Below are positions 17,168 to 26,085 of a DNA stretch of 34,356 nucleotides, piece after piece. This stretch comes from an uncultured Limnohabitans sp. (GTDB lineage: Bacteria > Bacteroidota > Bacteroidia > Cytophagales > Cyclobacteriaceae). A program made the position numbers and the translations under genes. The notes beneath the pieces were generated by a model. That model made no database searches and was not told the origin of the DNA. It saw only the letters and a list, made by a program, of their open reading frames with translations. Positions within the stretch are counted from its first letter, which is position 1, and each line of letters starts with the position of its first letter. The DNA lies in NCBI GenBank assembly GCA_964397145.1, contig CAYNIK010000001.1:1-34356 (forward strand), written 5' to 3'.

Positions 17168-18286
17168 ATGAAAACAGCTAGTTATGAAGTGGTGGTCGTT
17201 GGCTTGGGTGCCGTAGGTTGCGCTACGCTCTACCAATTGAGCAAACGAGGCATCAACGTTTTGGGGATAGATCAATTTGAACCGCCCCATACTTTTGGAT
17301 CTAGTCATGGAGAAACGCGCATTACGCGCCTTGCTGTGGGTGAAGGGGAAGAGTATGTGACTTTGGCCAAGCGTTCTCATGAGATTTGGGCGGAATTAGA
17401 AGCCTTATCCGGAAAGAAAATCCGAACCAAAACTGGTGGAATTCTTCTCGATTCGGGGGCAAATCCCTGGTCCAAACATGGAGTAGAGGGCTTTTGGGAG
17501 CGCACCCTACGGTATGCTCAGAACCAGTCCGTTTCCCACCGTGTCCTCGATTTGGCCGAAGCATCTACCAACTATCCTGCCTTTCAACTTCCCGCTACAG
17601 GGAAGGTCTATTGGGAGGAAGAGGCTGGTTATCTTTTCCCAGAAGTGGCGATAGAAACCCAGTTGGACTTGGCCAAAAAACAAGGAGCAGCGATTTGGAC
17701 TTCCTCCAAGGTAAATTCCATTCAATCCGAAGGAGCACATTTCCGAATTCAACTTGAGGGGAAGGAAGTGCTCGCCAAACAGGTAATTCTTAGTGCAGGG
17801 GGATGGGTGAAGGATTTTCTTCCCAATCCTGTCAAAAAGAGATTTTCCATCTGCCGACAAGTTCTGTATTGGCTTGCGATTGATGCCGGGTTTACGGACT
17901 GGCAGCGCTATCCTGTATGGATGTGGGGTTATGGGTCATCTCCTGAAGAGTTCATTTATGGCTTTCCCTCCCTAGATGGGAAGACCATCAAGATGGCCTC
18001 CGAATCCTTTGTAGAAGTAGACCATCCCGATCAGTTGAGTCGAGAAGTAAGCCTAGAGGAGCAGGAAATTTTTTGGCAGACCAAGGTGGAGGGAAAATTG
18101 AAAGGAGTAAAAAAACAAGTGCTAAAGACCTCCGTCTGCTTTTATACGCTCACCGAAGATGCGCGTTTTGTGGTGGAGGAGATGGAGGGCAACCCGAATT
18201 TTCTTTGGGTATCTGCTTGTTCGGGACATGGATTTAAGCACTCCGCCGCTTTGGGAGAAGATTTGGTAAAAAGGCTGGGGTATTGA
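17168..18286 (+). CDS. solA: N-methyl-L-tryptophan / monomeric sarcosine oxidase family flavoenzyme
   Basis: VVGLGAVG FAD fold, PPHTFGSSHGETRITR, conserved covalent-FAD Cys in VCFYT, ACSGHGFKH. Confidence 0.85.
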   Translation: MKTASYEVVVVGLGAVGCATLYQLSKRGINVLGIDQFEPPHTFGSSHGETRITRLAVGEGEEYVTLAKRSHEIWAELEALSGKKIRTKTGGILLDSGANPWSKHGVEGFWERTLRYAQNQSVSHRVLDLAEASTNYPAFQLPATGKVYWEEEAGYLFPEVAIETQLDLAKKQGAAIWTSSKVNSIQSEGAHFRIQLEGKEVLAKQVILSAGGWVKDFLPNPVKKRFSICRQVLYWLAIDAGFTDWQRYPVWMWGYGSSPEEFIYGFPSLDGKTIKMASESFVEVDHPDQLSREVSLEEQEIFWQTKVEGKLKGVKKQVLKTSVCFYTLTEDARFVVEEMEGNPNFLWVSACSGHGFKHSAALGEDLVKRLGY

Positions 18287-18341
18287 TCGGGCCACTTGGC
18301 ATTTGACCCAAGTTTTCTAATCAAATCCACTTCGAAAACTG

Positions 18342-18349
18342 TATTTTTG
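18342..18349 (+). promoter_or_regulatory. -7 box for ABC exporter
   Basis: TATTTTTG, 23 nt before ATG 18373. Confidence 0.55.
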
Positions 18350-18372
18350 TAGCCTGAATAGCTACCGAACCT

Positions 18373-20160
18373 ATGGCAAAGCAACGAGGCACTGCATTAG
18401 AGCCCGAAGAAAAAAGAAAGCTCAACAAGCAGAACCTAAGCAAGTTGAACCAGATTTTTAAGTTTCTGACCCCCTACAAGGGTGCCTTTTTTGCAGGGCT
18501 TCTTTTTCTGTTGTTTTCTTCGCTTACTCTGTTAAGCTTCCCTTTTGTAGCAGGTAAATTGATTGATACAGCTCAGGGTTCGGCCTGGATTTTTTCGGAT
18601 ATCCACCACATTGCCTTGCTATTGCTTGGCATTCTGGCCTTGCAAAGCATCTTCTCCTTCTTTCGAGTATGGTTGTTTGCCTTGGTATCTGAAAAGGCCA
18701 TGCGTGACATTCGACTCGCGGTGTATGGTCGATTGGTCCGTCTTCCACTTCCTTTTTTTGATAAGCGCCGTACTGGGGAACTCATTAGCCGCATTACCTC
18801 GGACGTGGGTTTGCTCCAGGACACCTTTTCTACCACGCTTGCAGAGCTCTTTAGACAGGTAGTAACCTTAGTGGCAGGCGTTGCTTTTTTGCTGATCAAC
18901 ACGCCCAAGCTGACGGTGTTCATGTTGGCTACCTTTCCAGTGCTGGTTCTGTTTGCTTTGATTTTTGGGAAGTTTATTCGCCGATTATCCAAAAAAACTC
19001 AAGATGAACTTGCAGCGGCGAATGTCATCGTAGAAGAAACCTTGCAGTCTATCAATACCGTCAAATCCTTTGTGGGCGAGGCCTATGAAGTGAATCGGTA
19101 TGGCAAAGGATTGGAAAAAGTGGTCCATGTAGCTTTAGCTGCGGCCAAGTATCGGGGAGCCTTTATTTCCTTCATCATCTTTGCGTTGTTTGGTGGGATT
19201 GTAGGGGTGATGTGGTATGGTGCTAGTTTGGTGGCCTCAGGTGAAATGAGCGTTGGGGAATTGGTTTCCTTTGTGCTCTACACCACCTTTATAGGGGGTT
19301 CCATTGCAGGCCTAGGAGACATTTACAGCCAATTGCAAAAAGCAATCGGAAGTTCAGAGCGTGTAGTTGAACTATTGGAGGAAGAGGAGGAGGTAGCTTC
19401 GGGCGAACCGATTGGGAAATTTAAAGGAGATATTGAATTTGATGCGGTAGGTTTTCATTACCCTACTCGACCTGAAGTGGGAGTCTTGCAAGGCCTGTCT
19501 TTTCAGATTCAGTCAGGGGAAAAAGTAGCGCTTGTAGGTCCATCAGGAGCTGGAAAATCAACCATTATTCAGTTGCTCCTCCGATTTTACGAAGCCACCA
19601 AAGGACAAATTCGAATTGATGGAAAGCCGCTAACCCACTGGGAATTAGCCTCTCTACGCAGTAAAATAGGAATCGTGCCTCAAGAAGTCTTGTTGTTTGG
19701 AGGAAGTATCCGAGAAAATATTGCCTATGCAAAGCCTGGGGCAACGGAAGAAGAAATCATCACCGCCGCTAAAAAAGCAAACGCCTGGCAGTTTATATCC
19801 CAGTTTCCCGAGGGCCTAGATACTTTGGTGGGCGAGCGAGGAATCAAACTTTCTGGTGGTCAGCGGCAACGGGTGGCCATTGCACGGGCGATCTTGAAAG
19901 ATCCGGCAATTTTGATTTTGGATGAGGCCACCTCCTCCTTAGATGCGGAATCAGAGGCCTTAGTTCAAGAAGCCCTGAATGAATTGATGAAAGGAAGAAC
20001 CACCTTAATTATTGCGCATCGACTGGCTACAATCCGAAAGGTGGATCGCATTTATGTTTTGGCTGAGGGAAAGATTGTGGAGCAAGGCAATCATCAGGAA
20101 CTCGTCCAAGATACTTCCGGCATCTATGCCAACCTCGTCCGACTGCAATTTGCGGATTAG
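18373..20160 (+). CDS. ABC exporter, fused TMD-NBD (MsbA/ABCB-like)
   Basis: Six-TM domain, Walker A GPSGAGKST, Q-loop VPQE, signature LSGGQRQR, Walker B ILDEATSSLD, H-switch IAHRL. Confidence 0.95.
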   Translation: MAKQRGTALEPEEKRKLNKQNLSKLNQIFKFLTPYKGAFFAGLLFLLFSSLTLLSFPFVAGKLIDTAQGSAWIFSDIHHIALLLLGILALQSIFSFFRVWLFALVSEKAMRDIRLAVYGRLVRLPLPFFDKRRTGELISRITSDVGLLQDTFSTTLAELFRQVVTLVAGVAFLLINTPKLTVFMLATFPVLVLFALIFGKFIRRLSKKTQDELAAANVIVEETLQSINTVKSFVGEAYEVNRYGKGLEKVVHVALAAAKYRGAFISFIIFALFGGIVGVMWYGASLVASGEMSVGELVSFVLYTTFIGGSIAGLGDIYSQLQKAIGSSERVVELLEEEEEVASGEPIGKFKGDIEFDAVGFHYPTRPEVGVLQGLSFQIQSGEKVALVGPSGAGKSTIIQLLLRFYEATKGQIRIDGKPLTHWELASLRSKIGIVPQEVLLFGGSIRENIAYAKPGATEEEIITAAKKANAWQFISQFPEGLDTLVGERGIKLSGGQRQRVAIARAILKDPAILILDEATSSLDAESEALVQEALNELMKGRTTLIIAHRLATIRKVDRIYVLAEGKIVEQGNHQELVQDTSGIYANLVRLQFAD

Positions 20161-20828
20161 CGGAGGTTGTGAGCAGTCAGCGATTTGGTAAGTCCCAATG
20201 CTTTTTCTTTAAGGATAGTAGATCCTGGAAATAAGCGCTTCATTTCCGATTCATTGAGCAAGCGGATTTCATCCTGGTATTGACTGGCCTCAGCTGCATC
20301 CCATCGCTTCAATCGGCTCAACTTGGTTTGGGTAAGGATATAGTGAAGGAGACCCTTCGGATAATACTGTGCAAAGGGCAGCGCATAGTGCGCCTCAATC
20401 GGAAAATAGGCATTGGGGGTTTGGATGAAATGACTTTTGCCTACCCGAAGGATTTCTGAAGCCATTTTTCGCTGATTTTCCCAGGTATACAAGTGCTCAA
20501 TCACGGAGTTGGAGAAAACCAAGTCGAAACTGCCCGCGCCAAATTCTGGCATACGGGTAGCATCGCCTCTCACTGCTTGAATCGCAGGATGGCTTGTTTG
20601 TTCCAAGTGGAGGTTGAGTAAGGTGATGCGAACCCCTGGATGTGAAAGCAGTTTACTATGTTGCCAAAAATAGTCCGTTCCCCCCAAGTCCAAGATTTCT
20701 ATTTTTTCCGCCCCATCAAAATGGGTAAAGAATAGTTTTTCGAATTCCTGTAGCCTTTTTCTGCGAAACTTAAAGCCTAAAGATTGGGGGTTATCGGAGG
20801 AAGCAAAAAAATGAAAAAGGGAGGACAT
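20157..20828 (-). CDS. Class I SAM-dependent methyltransferase
   Basis: ILDLGGT motif I, GDAT, FDLVFSNSVIEHL, QTPN.YFPIE.H. Confidence 0.88.
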   Translation of the reverse strand: MSSLFHFFASSDNPQSLGFKFRRKRLQEFEKLFFTHFDGAEKIEILDLGGTDYFWQHSKLLSHPGVRITLLNLHLEQTSHPAIQAVRGDATRMPEFGAGSFDLVFSNSVIEHLYTWENQRKMASEILRVGKSHFIQTPNAYFPIEAHYALPFAQYYPKGLLHYILTQTKLSRLKRWDAAEASQYQDEIRLLNESEMKRLFPGSTILKEKALGLTKSLTAHNLR

Positions 20829-20863
20829 GTACTTTTTGTGCCTTGGAAGGTTAGAAATATCTC

Positions 20864-20871
20864 CAAAAGTA
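20864..20871 (-). promoter_or_regulatory. -7 box for the methyltransferase (minus strand)
   Basis: Plus-strand CAAAAGTA reads TACTTTTG on the minus strand, 35 nt upstream of the start. Confidence 0.55.
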
Positions 20872-20976
20872 ATAAGCCTTGAGAATTTCTTTCTTAATTT
20901 TACGAGGTTTCCTTCCTCAGCCCTGTTTTTTTGTCAAATTTTCTGTCAAAATGAGGGGTACTAGGTTTAGATTTTT

Positions 20977-22347
20977 ATGAAGAGAAGATTTGATACGTAT
21001 TTTCCCTGGCTGTTTACGGTCAGTGATTTTTTGGCCTCCTTACTTTCTATGGCGATTGCCAACGCTTTTTTACAGCGTTATCAGGTATTGGGGAAAACCG
21101 AATTCTCTGCCTTTTTGCCTTTGGCTTTGCTTTGGATTTTAATTTCCAGTTTACGAAAAGATTACAAAATAGGGCGTACAGACGAGTACGATAAGACATT
21201 AAGTAGCTTTTTTGTCACCTTAATTTGGTTTTTAGGAGCTACGGCCATCTTGTGGACCCCACTTCAAGAAGGCAATTACCGATGGATTCAAATTGGCGCC
21301 TTGGGATTGACTCTTGGGGTTTTGATGGGATTTTTTCGAGTGGCCGTTCATATAATTCTGAAAAAATACCGAGCCTCGGGGAATAATTACCAAAACGCAA
21401 TTATCGTTGGAAAAGGAAGTACCAGTCCTAGATTGGTGGATGTCCTTCGTATTCGTAAGGATTTTGGGATCAATTTTTTAGGCTACTTTGATGATCAATC
21501 CGATTGCGAACAAACTAGAGGGGCGATCGAGGAGTTGTTTGAAAAAGCGCCAAAAATGGATCTTGATTTGATCTATATTCATGAAAAGCTGGATGTAAGC
21601 TTGGTGAAGCGAGTGATTGATTTTGCAGATGAGCATTACATCAAGGTCAAGATGATTCCGGGGAAAAGTCTCCAATTGGAAAAAAGCCTTTCCTTTTCTC
21701 GCTATGGTGATTTTTTTGTTATCAATGTCAACGATATACCGCTCGATCATCCATTGAATAGCTTTGCCAAGCGCGTCTTTGATCTTGCCTTTGCCAGTAT
21801 GGTGACGATTTTTATCCTTTCTTGGCTCATTCCATTGGTTGGATTGTTGATCAAATTAGAGTCTAGGGGGCCTGTATTTTTTATTCAGAAGCGAAATGGA
21901 TTAAACAACAAGGTATTCAATTGCCTCAAATTTCGTTCGATGACGCCAAATGATTATGCCGATTCGCATCAGGCTACTAAAAACGATCCTCGAGTAACTC
22001 GAATTGGGGCTTTCCTACGCAATACTTCTTTGGATGAGATGCCTCAGTTTTTGAATGTGCTCATGGGCAGCATGTCAATTGTCGGTCCTAGACCCCATAC
22101 TTTGCCCATGAACGATACCTTTCGAACTCAAATTGAGCGATACAATTCGCGTCATAAAATCAAGCCCGGTATCACAGGATTGGCACAGGTTAGGGGTTAC
22201 CGAGGGGAAATAGAAAACTCCTTCCAAATTCGTTCTCGAGTACGATTGGATTATTTTTATATCCACAATTGGTCCTTTCTTCTAGACATGGAGATCATGG
22301 TCAAGACCGTGTACGAGTTACTCTTCAATCGTGAAAATGCCTATTGA
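20977..22347 (+). CDS. wcaJ: Undecaprenyl-phosphate glucose phosphotransferase (priming glycosyltransferase, WcaJ-like)
   Basis: Four N-terminal TMs, CoA-binding-like IIVG domain, KRVFD, GPVFF.Q.R.G, KFRSM, DPRVTRIGAFLR.TSLDEMPQF.NVL.G.MSIVGPRPH, KPGITGLAQV.G.RG. Confidence 0.92.
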   Translation: MKRRFDTYFPWLFTVSDFLASLLSMAIANAFLQRYQVLGKTEFSAFLPLALLWILISSLRKDYKIGRTDEYDKTLSSFFVTLIWFLGATAILWTPLQEGNYRWIQIGALGLTLGVLMGFFRVAVHIILKKYRASGNNYQNAIIVGKGSTSPRLVDVLRIRKDFGINFLGYFDDQSDCEQTRGAIEELFEKAPKMDLDLIYIHEKLDVSLVKRVIDFADEHYIKVKMIPGKSLQLEKSLSFSRYGDFFVINVNDIPLDHPLNSFAKRVFDLAFASMVTIFILSWLIPLVGLLIKLESRGPVFFIQKRNGLNNKVFNCLKFRSMTPNDYADSHQATKNDPRVTRIGAFLRNTSLDEMPQFLNVLMGSMSIVGPRPHTLPMNDTFRTQIERYNSRHKIKPGITGLAQVRGYRGEIENSFQIRSRVRLDYFYIHNWSFLLDMEIMVKTVYELLFNRENAY

Positions 22348-23290
22348 TTTGGGGTACAGCTGTCATTACTGTCATTCAACTCAGGGAACCACTTTTTTAG
22401 CGACAGAGCGCATGCTCGGATTAGCAGGGGAATTTACCTATGCCACTTGTTCCGATTGCGGCTCCATCCAACTCCTTACTATTCCTCAAGATCTTAGTCC
22501 GTATTATCCTAGTGATTACTACTCCCTAGGACGACTGCAGCCTTCTGGTGGATTGCGAAATTTCCTCAAAAAACTTCGAATGCATGCTTTTTTAGCCACT
22601 GGTTATTCCTTGTTTTCTCCCCGATTTGGAGGGTATTGGCTCAAAAAACTCAATCCTCAGTTCACAGACCGCATCGCTGATGTGGGTTGTGGCAATGGAC
22701 AGCTCCTGTATGAATTGCATGTGGCTGGATTTAAAGAGTTGCATGGATTTGATCCTTACTTGGAAAAACAGGAACAATTGGCTCCTGGCCTGACACTTTG
22801 GAAACAAGACTTGGGGCAGACAGATCTCAAATTTGATCTGTTGATGCTTCATCATTCTTTTGAGCACCTCGCTGACCCCGAATCGGTGCTTAGTACTTGC
22901 TTCGAGCGATTAAATCCCGGGGGTAGGCTTTTGGTGCGCTGTCCTGTGGCAGATGCTGCAGTTTGGAAAGAAAAACAAGCGCTTTGGGTTCAATTGGATG
23001 CGCCTAGACACCTGTCGATACCAAGCATCCAGGGTTTTGAGAGAGCTGCCAAACGATGTGGTTTTGAGGTGAACGAAATTCTTTTTGATTCTACCGCTTT
23101 CCAGTTTTGGGGTACAGGATTGTACGAACATGGCGAAAGGTTGGACCGCAGCAAAATCGATAGTTATTTTTCCAGTCAGCAGCTAGAAGAATGGGAGAAC
23201 CAAGCCATTCAATACAATCAAGAAGGAAAAGGGGATCAAGCCTGCTTCTTTTGTGTAAAGCCCGGAGAAAAAGCGGAGAATCAGGCATGA
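22337..23290 (+). CDS. Class I SAM-dependent methyltransferase with N-terminal Zn-ribbon
   Basis: CHYC and CSDC pairs, IADVGCGNG, FDLLMLHHSFEHL.DP, LNPGG.L, LDAPRHL. Start is ATG 22337 or GTG 22331, overlapping the wcaJ end. Confidence 0.88.
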   Translation: MPIDLGYSCHYCHSTQGTTFLATERMLGLAGEFTYATCSDCGSIQLLTIPQDLSPYYPSDYYSLGRLQPSGGLRNFLKKLRMHAFLATGYSLFSPRFGGYWLKKLNPQFTDRIADVGCGNGQLLYELHVAGFKELHGFDPYLEKQEQLAPGLTLWKQDLGQTDLKFDLLMLHHSFEHLADPESVLSTCFERLNPGGRLLVRCPVADAAVWKEKQALWVQLDAPRHLSIPSIQGFERAAKRCGFEVNEILFDSTAFQFWGTGLYEHGERLDRSKIDSYFSSQQLEEWENQAIQYNQEGKGDQACFFCVKPGEKAENQA

Positions 23291-23868
23291 AAGGACTAGG
23301 TAAGTACTTTATTGGACTACTTCCACCCGCCACCCTAGAAGCCCAATTTAAAACACTTAAACAAGGCTTTGCGGATCAATTTCAAGTAAAATACGCCCTT
23401 CAAGCACCGACTCATCTTACCCTAAAAATGCCTTTTCGGTACAAAGAAGCAAAAGAACTGGAATTGGCTGCGCGACTCACTACCGCCTTGGAGGCCCAGG
23501 CCCCCTTTCAGCTCAAGCTAACTCGTATCGGACATTTTGGGAGGAGAAATATACACCAACAAGTGGCTTCATCCGAATCCTTGATGCAGCTCCAAACAAC
23601 CCTCCGTAGCTTTTGCAAGAGATCACTTCATTTGGTAGAAGAGCTCAGCGACCGAAATTATCAACCCCATCTGACCTTGGCCTACAAGGATCTAAAGCCA
23701 ATGCATTTTGATGAGGTACTTGAGTTTGCCCGCCAGAATTTGATTCTAGGGGAATTTTTGGTCGATCGGGCCTATTTAATGAAAAAAGTGGAAAACCGCT
23801 GGCAGGTGATGGCCCCCTTACCTTTTGGAAATAGCTTGGCGAATTCTGTTCCGATAGAAGTATCCTGA
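23287..23868 (+). CDS. 2H phosphoesterase (2'-5' RNA ligase-like family)
   Basis: Two HxT motifs (PTHLTLKMPF, YQPHLTLA) and YFIGLLPP. Start reassigned to ATG 23287 (ATGA overlap with the upstream stop). Confidence 0.87.
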   Translation: MKGLGKYFIGLLPPATLEAQFKTLKQGFADQFQVKYALQAPTHLTLKMPFRYKEAKELELAARLTTALEAQAPFQLKLTRIGHFGRRNIHQQVASSESLMQLQTTLRSFCKRSLHLVEELSDRNYQPHLTLAYKDLKPMHFDEVLEFARQNLILGEFLVDRAYLMKKVENRWQVMAPLPFGNSLANSVPIEVS

Positions 23869-23938
23869 GGAGGTATTTTTCAGAACTGTTGAAACAATTT
23901 GCCTTGAAAATCTGATTTATATCCATCTCCTTTACTCC

Positions 23939-25411
23939 ATGAAAAAAGCGGTTGTTGTTGGTTCAGGTATAGCAGGCATTGCCTCCTCCATTCGATTGGC
24001 GGTCAAAGGCTATCAGGTGGAGGTTTTTGAAGCCAATGCGTATCCTGGTGGAAAGCTTTCCGCGATAGAAGGAAAAGGGTACCGTTTTGATGCAGGGCCT
24101 TCCTTATTTACGCTACCCGAACAGGTGGAAGAATTGTTTCTTTTGGCTGGTCAAAACCCGAAGGAGCATTTTGAATACGAGCGTCTGGAGGTGGTCTGTC
24201 ATTATTTTTGGGAAGATGGAAAAAAGGTCAAGGCTTGGGCAGACCCGGATCGATTTGCCACAGAGGTAGCCACCCAACTCGGAGTTTCTGATCTGGGAAT
24301 CAAGGAGGTATTGAAGCGCTCTTCATTTATTTACGAGCACCTTGCCCCCTTATTTATGCACCGTTCGCTACGTAAGGTGGCCACTTGGCTTGGTCCGCAA
24401 GCACTAAAGGCCTATTTGAATTTGGGAAAATTGGGGCTTTTCTCCACGATGCACGCCTCCAATACCAAGCTATTGAAAGACCCCAAATTGGTCCAGCTTT
24501 TCAATCGCTACGCCACGTACAATGGCTCCGATCCCTACCAAACTCCAGCGACGCTGACCATTATCCCCCACCTTGAATTTAACTTGGGAGCCTATTTTCC
24601 CAAACGCGGCATGCATGACATCAGCATGAGCTTGTACAAGCTAGCGCTTTCCTTGGGGGTTCGTTACCATTTCAATGCCCCTGTAGAAGAAATTTTGGTG
24701 GAAAAGGGACGTGCCTGTGGCTTACGGGTGCAAGGAGAAAATATAGCTGCAGATCTTGTAGTCAATAACATGGACATGGTGAATGCCTACAAGACTATCC
24801 TCAAAAAGCAGGTTCAGCCTAAAAAGCTTTTGGAGCAGCCTAAGTCAAGCTCAGCATTGATTTTTTATTGGGGGATTACTCAAGTATTTGAGGAAATTGG
24901 CATGCACAACATCTTTTTTTCAGATGATTACGAAACAGAGTTTGTGCATATCTTCAAGCAGGGGACCATTTATGCCGATCCTACCGTATACATCAACTGT
25001 ACTTCCGTCACCAAAGCGGACGATGCGCCTACAGGGAGCATGAATTGGTTTACCATGATCAATGTGCCGAATAACCAGGGCCAAGATTGGGATCAACTGA
25101 TTACCAAGGCCAGGAAAAATATTCTTGCCAAGTTGAGCCGTCTCTTGCATGCTGATATTGAAAAATTGATCGACTTCGAGGAAATTTTAGATCCTAGGAG
25201 TATTGAATCCAAGACCTCCTCTGCGCATGGCGCCTTGTATGGGAATAGTTCAAATACGCGATTTGCTGCTTTTCTGAGGCACCCAAATTCTTCCTCTCAG
25301 CTCAAAAATCTCTTTTTCTGTGGTGGATCGGTGCATCCAGGTGGAGGCATCCCATTGGCCTTACTTTCTGCAAAGATCATGTCGGAAGAAATTCCTGAGT
25401 TGAAAAAGTAA
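23939..25411 (+). CDS. crtD: CrtI-family carotenoid desaturase, most likely 1-hydroxycarotenoid 3,4-desaturase
   Basis: VVGSGIAG, FEAN..PGGK, YRFDAGPSLFT, FNRYATYNGSDPY, SSSALIFYWG, GALYGNSSN..FAAFLRHPN, GGSVHPGGGIPL. Family is clear; CrtD rather than CrtI is from recalled motif pattern. Confidence 0.8.
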   Translation: MKKAVVVGSGIAGIASSIRLAVKGYQVEVFEANAYPGGKLSAIEGKGYRFDAGPSLFTLPEQVEELFLLAGQNPKEHFEYERLEVVCHYFWEDGKKVKAWADPDRFATEVATQLGVSDLGIKEVLKRSSFIYEHLAPLFMHRSLRKVATWLGPQALKAYLNLGKLGLFSTMHASNTKLLKDPKLVQLFNRYATYNGSDPYQTPATLTIIPHLEFNLGAYFPKRGMHDISMSLYKLALSLGVRYHFNAPVEEILVEKGRACGLRVQGENIAADLVVNNMDMVNAYKTILKKQVQPKKLLEQPKSSSALIFYWGITQVFEEIGMHNIFFSDDYETEFVHIFKQGTIYADPTVYINCTSVTKADDAPTGSMNWFTMINVPNNQGQDWDQLITKARKNILAKLSRLLHADIEKLIDFEEILDPRSIESKTSSAHGALYGNSSNTRFAAFLRHPNSSSQLKNLFFCGGSVHPGGGIPLALLSAKIMSEEIPELKK

Positions 25412-25426
25412 ATGGATTTATAGAGC

Positions 25427-25458
25427 AAAAAAAAGAGCGACCTAGTTGGCCGCTCTTT
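25427..25458 (-). terminator. Intrinsic terminator for ndk (possibly bidirectional)
   Basis: Minus strand reads AAAGAGCGGCC-AACTA-GGTCGCTCTTTTTTTT (one G-U pair plus T-tract), between convergent crtD and ndk. Confidence 0.8.
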
Positions 25459-25477
25459 ACGTTTTTTGAGGAGTGGA

Positions 25478-25900
25478 TTAAAGCACGCGCTCGTATTGGT
25501 TGAAGAAGAAGCTGCCTTCAATGGCTGCATTCTCGTCTGAGTCAGATCCGTGCACTGCATTTGCCTCGATGGATTTTGCAAAGATTTTACGAATAGTTCC
25601 ATCTGCTGCATTGGCTGGGTTCGTAGCCCCGATAAGGGTTCGGAAATCTTCAACAGCATTGGTTTTTTCAAGGATAGCGGCAAAAATAGGCCCAGAAGAC
25701 ATGTAAGTGCAAAGGTCCTTGTAGAATGGTCTTTCGCTATGTACTTCATAGAATTTTCCTGCTAGTTCCGGAGTAAGTCGGGTAGCTTTCAAAGCAACGA
25801 TTTTAAAACCTGCTTCTTCAATCATTTTCAAGATCGCACCTGAGTTGCCTGCTAGAAAAGCATCTGGCTTAATCATGGTGAATGTTCTGTTTCCTGCCAT
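25478..25900 (-). CDS. ndk: Nucleoside diphosphate kinase
   Basis: [39 protein letters not shown]. Confidence 0.99.
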   Translation of the reverse strand: MAGNRTFTMIKPDAFLAGNSGAILKMIEEAGFKIVALKATRLTPELAGKFYEVHSERPFYKDLCTYMSSGPIFAAILEKTNAVEDFRTLIGATNPANAADGTIRKIFAKSIEANAVHGSDSDENAAIEGSFFFNQYERVL

Positions 25901-25933
25901 GGGATTTGGAGTTTCATTGGTTTATTTCGGCTG

Positions 25934-25941
25934 CAAAATTA
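25934..25941 (-). promoter_or_regulatory. -7 box for ndk
   Basis: Plus-strand CAAAATTA reads TAATTTTG on the minus strand, 33 nt upstream of the start. Confidence 0.65.
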
Positions 25942-26085
25942 GCGCTTTTTGATTCATATTTAGATGGAAGATCTAGAATTCTATCCTAGAAGCTTCATTA
26001 TCAGCAAATTTGATGCTTTGGGAATTGTTTAAAATTTGTTGACCTTTGCTGCCTCCGGAGCCAAAAGTGCAGCTGAATCAAATTA

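Noticed and set aside
23191-23286. Long overlap of the 2H phosphoesterase ORF with the methyltransferase
   Set aside because: ATG 23287 forms a standard ATGA coupling, so no real dual coding is needed.
25297-25749. 150-aa minus-strand ORF overlapping ndk out of frame and antisense to crtD
   Set aside because: It crosses the ndk terminator and has no motif; it is a shadow of a conserved gene.
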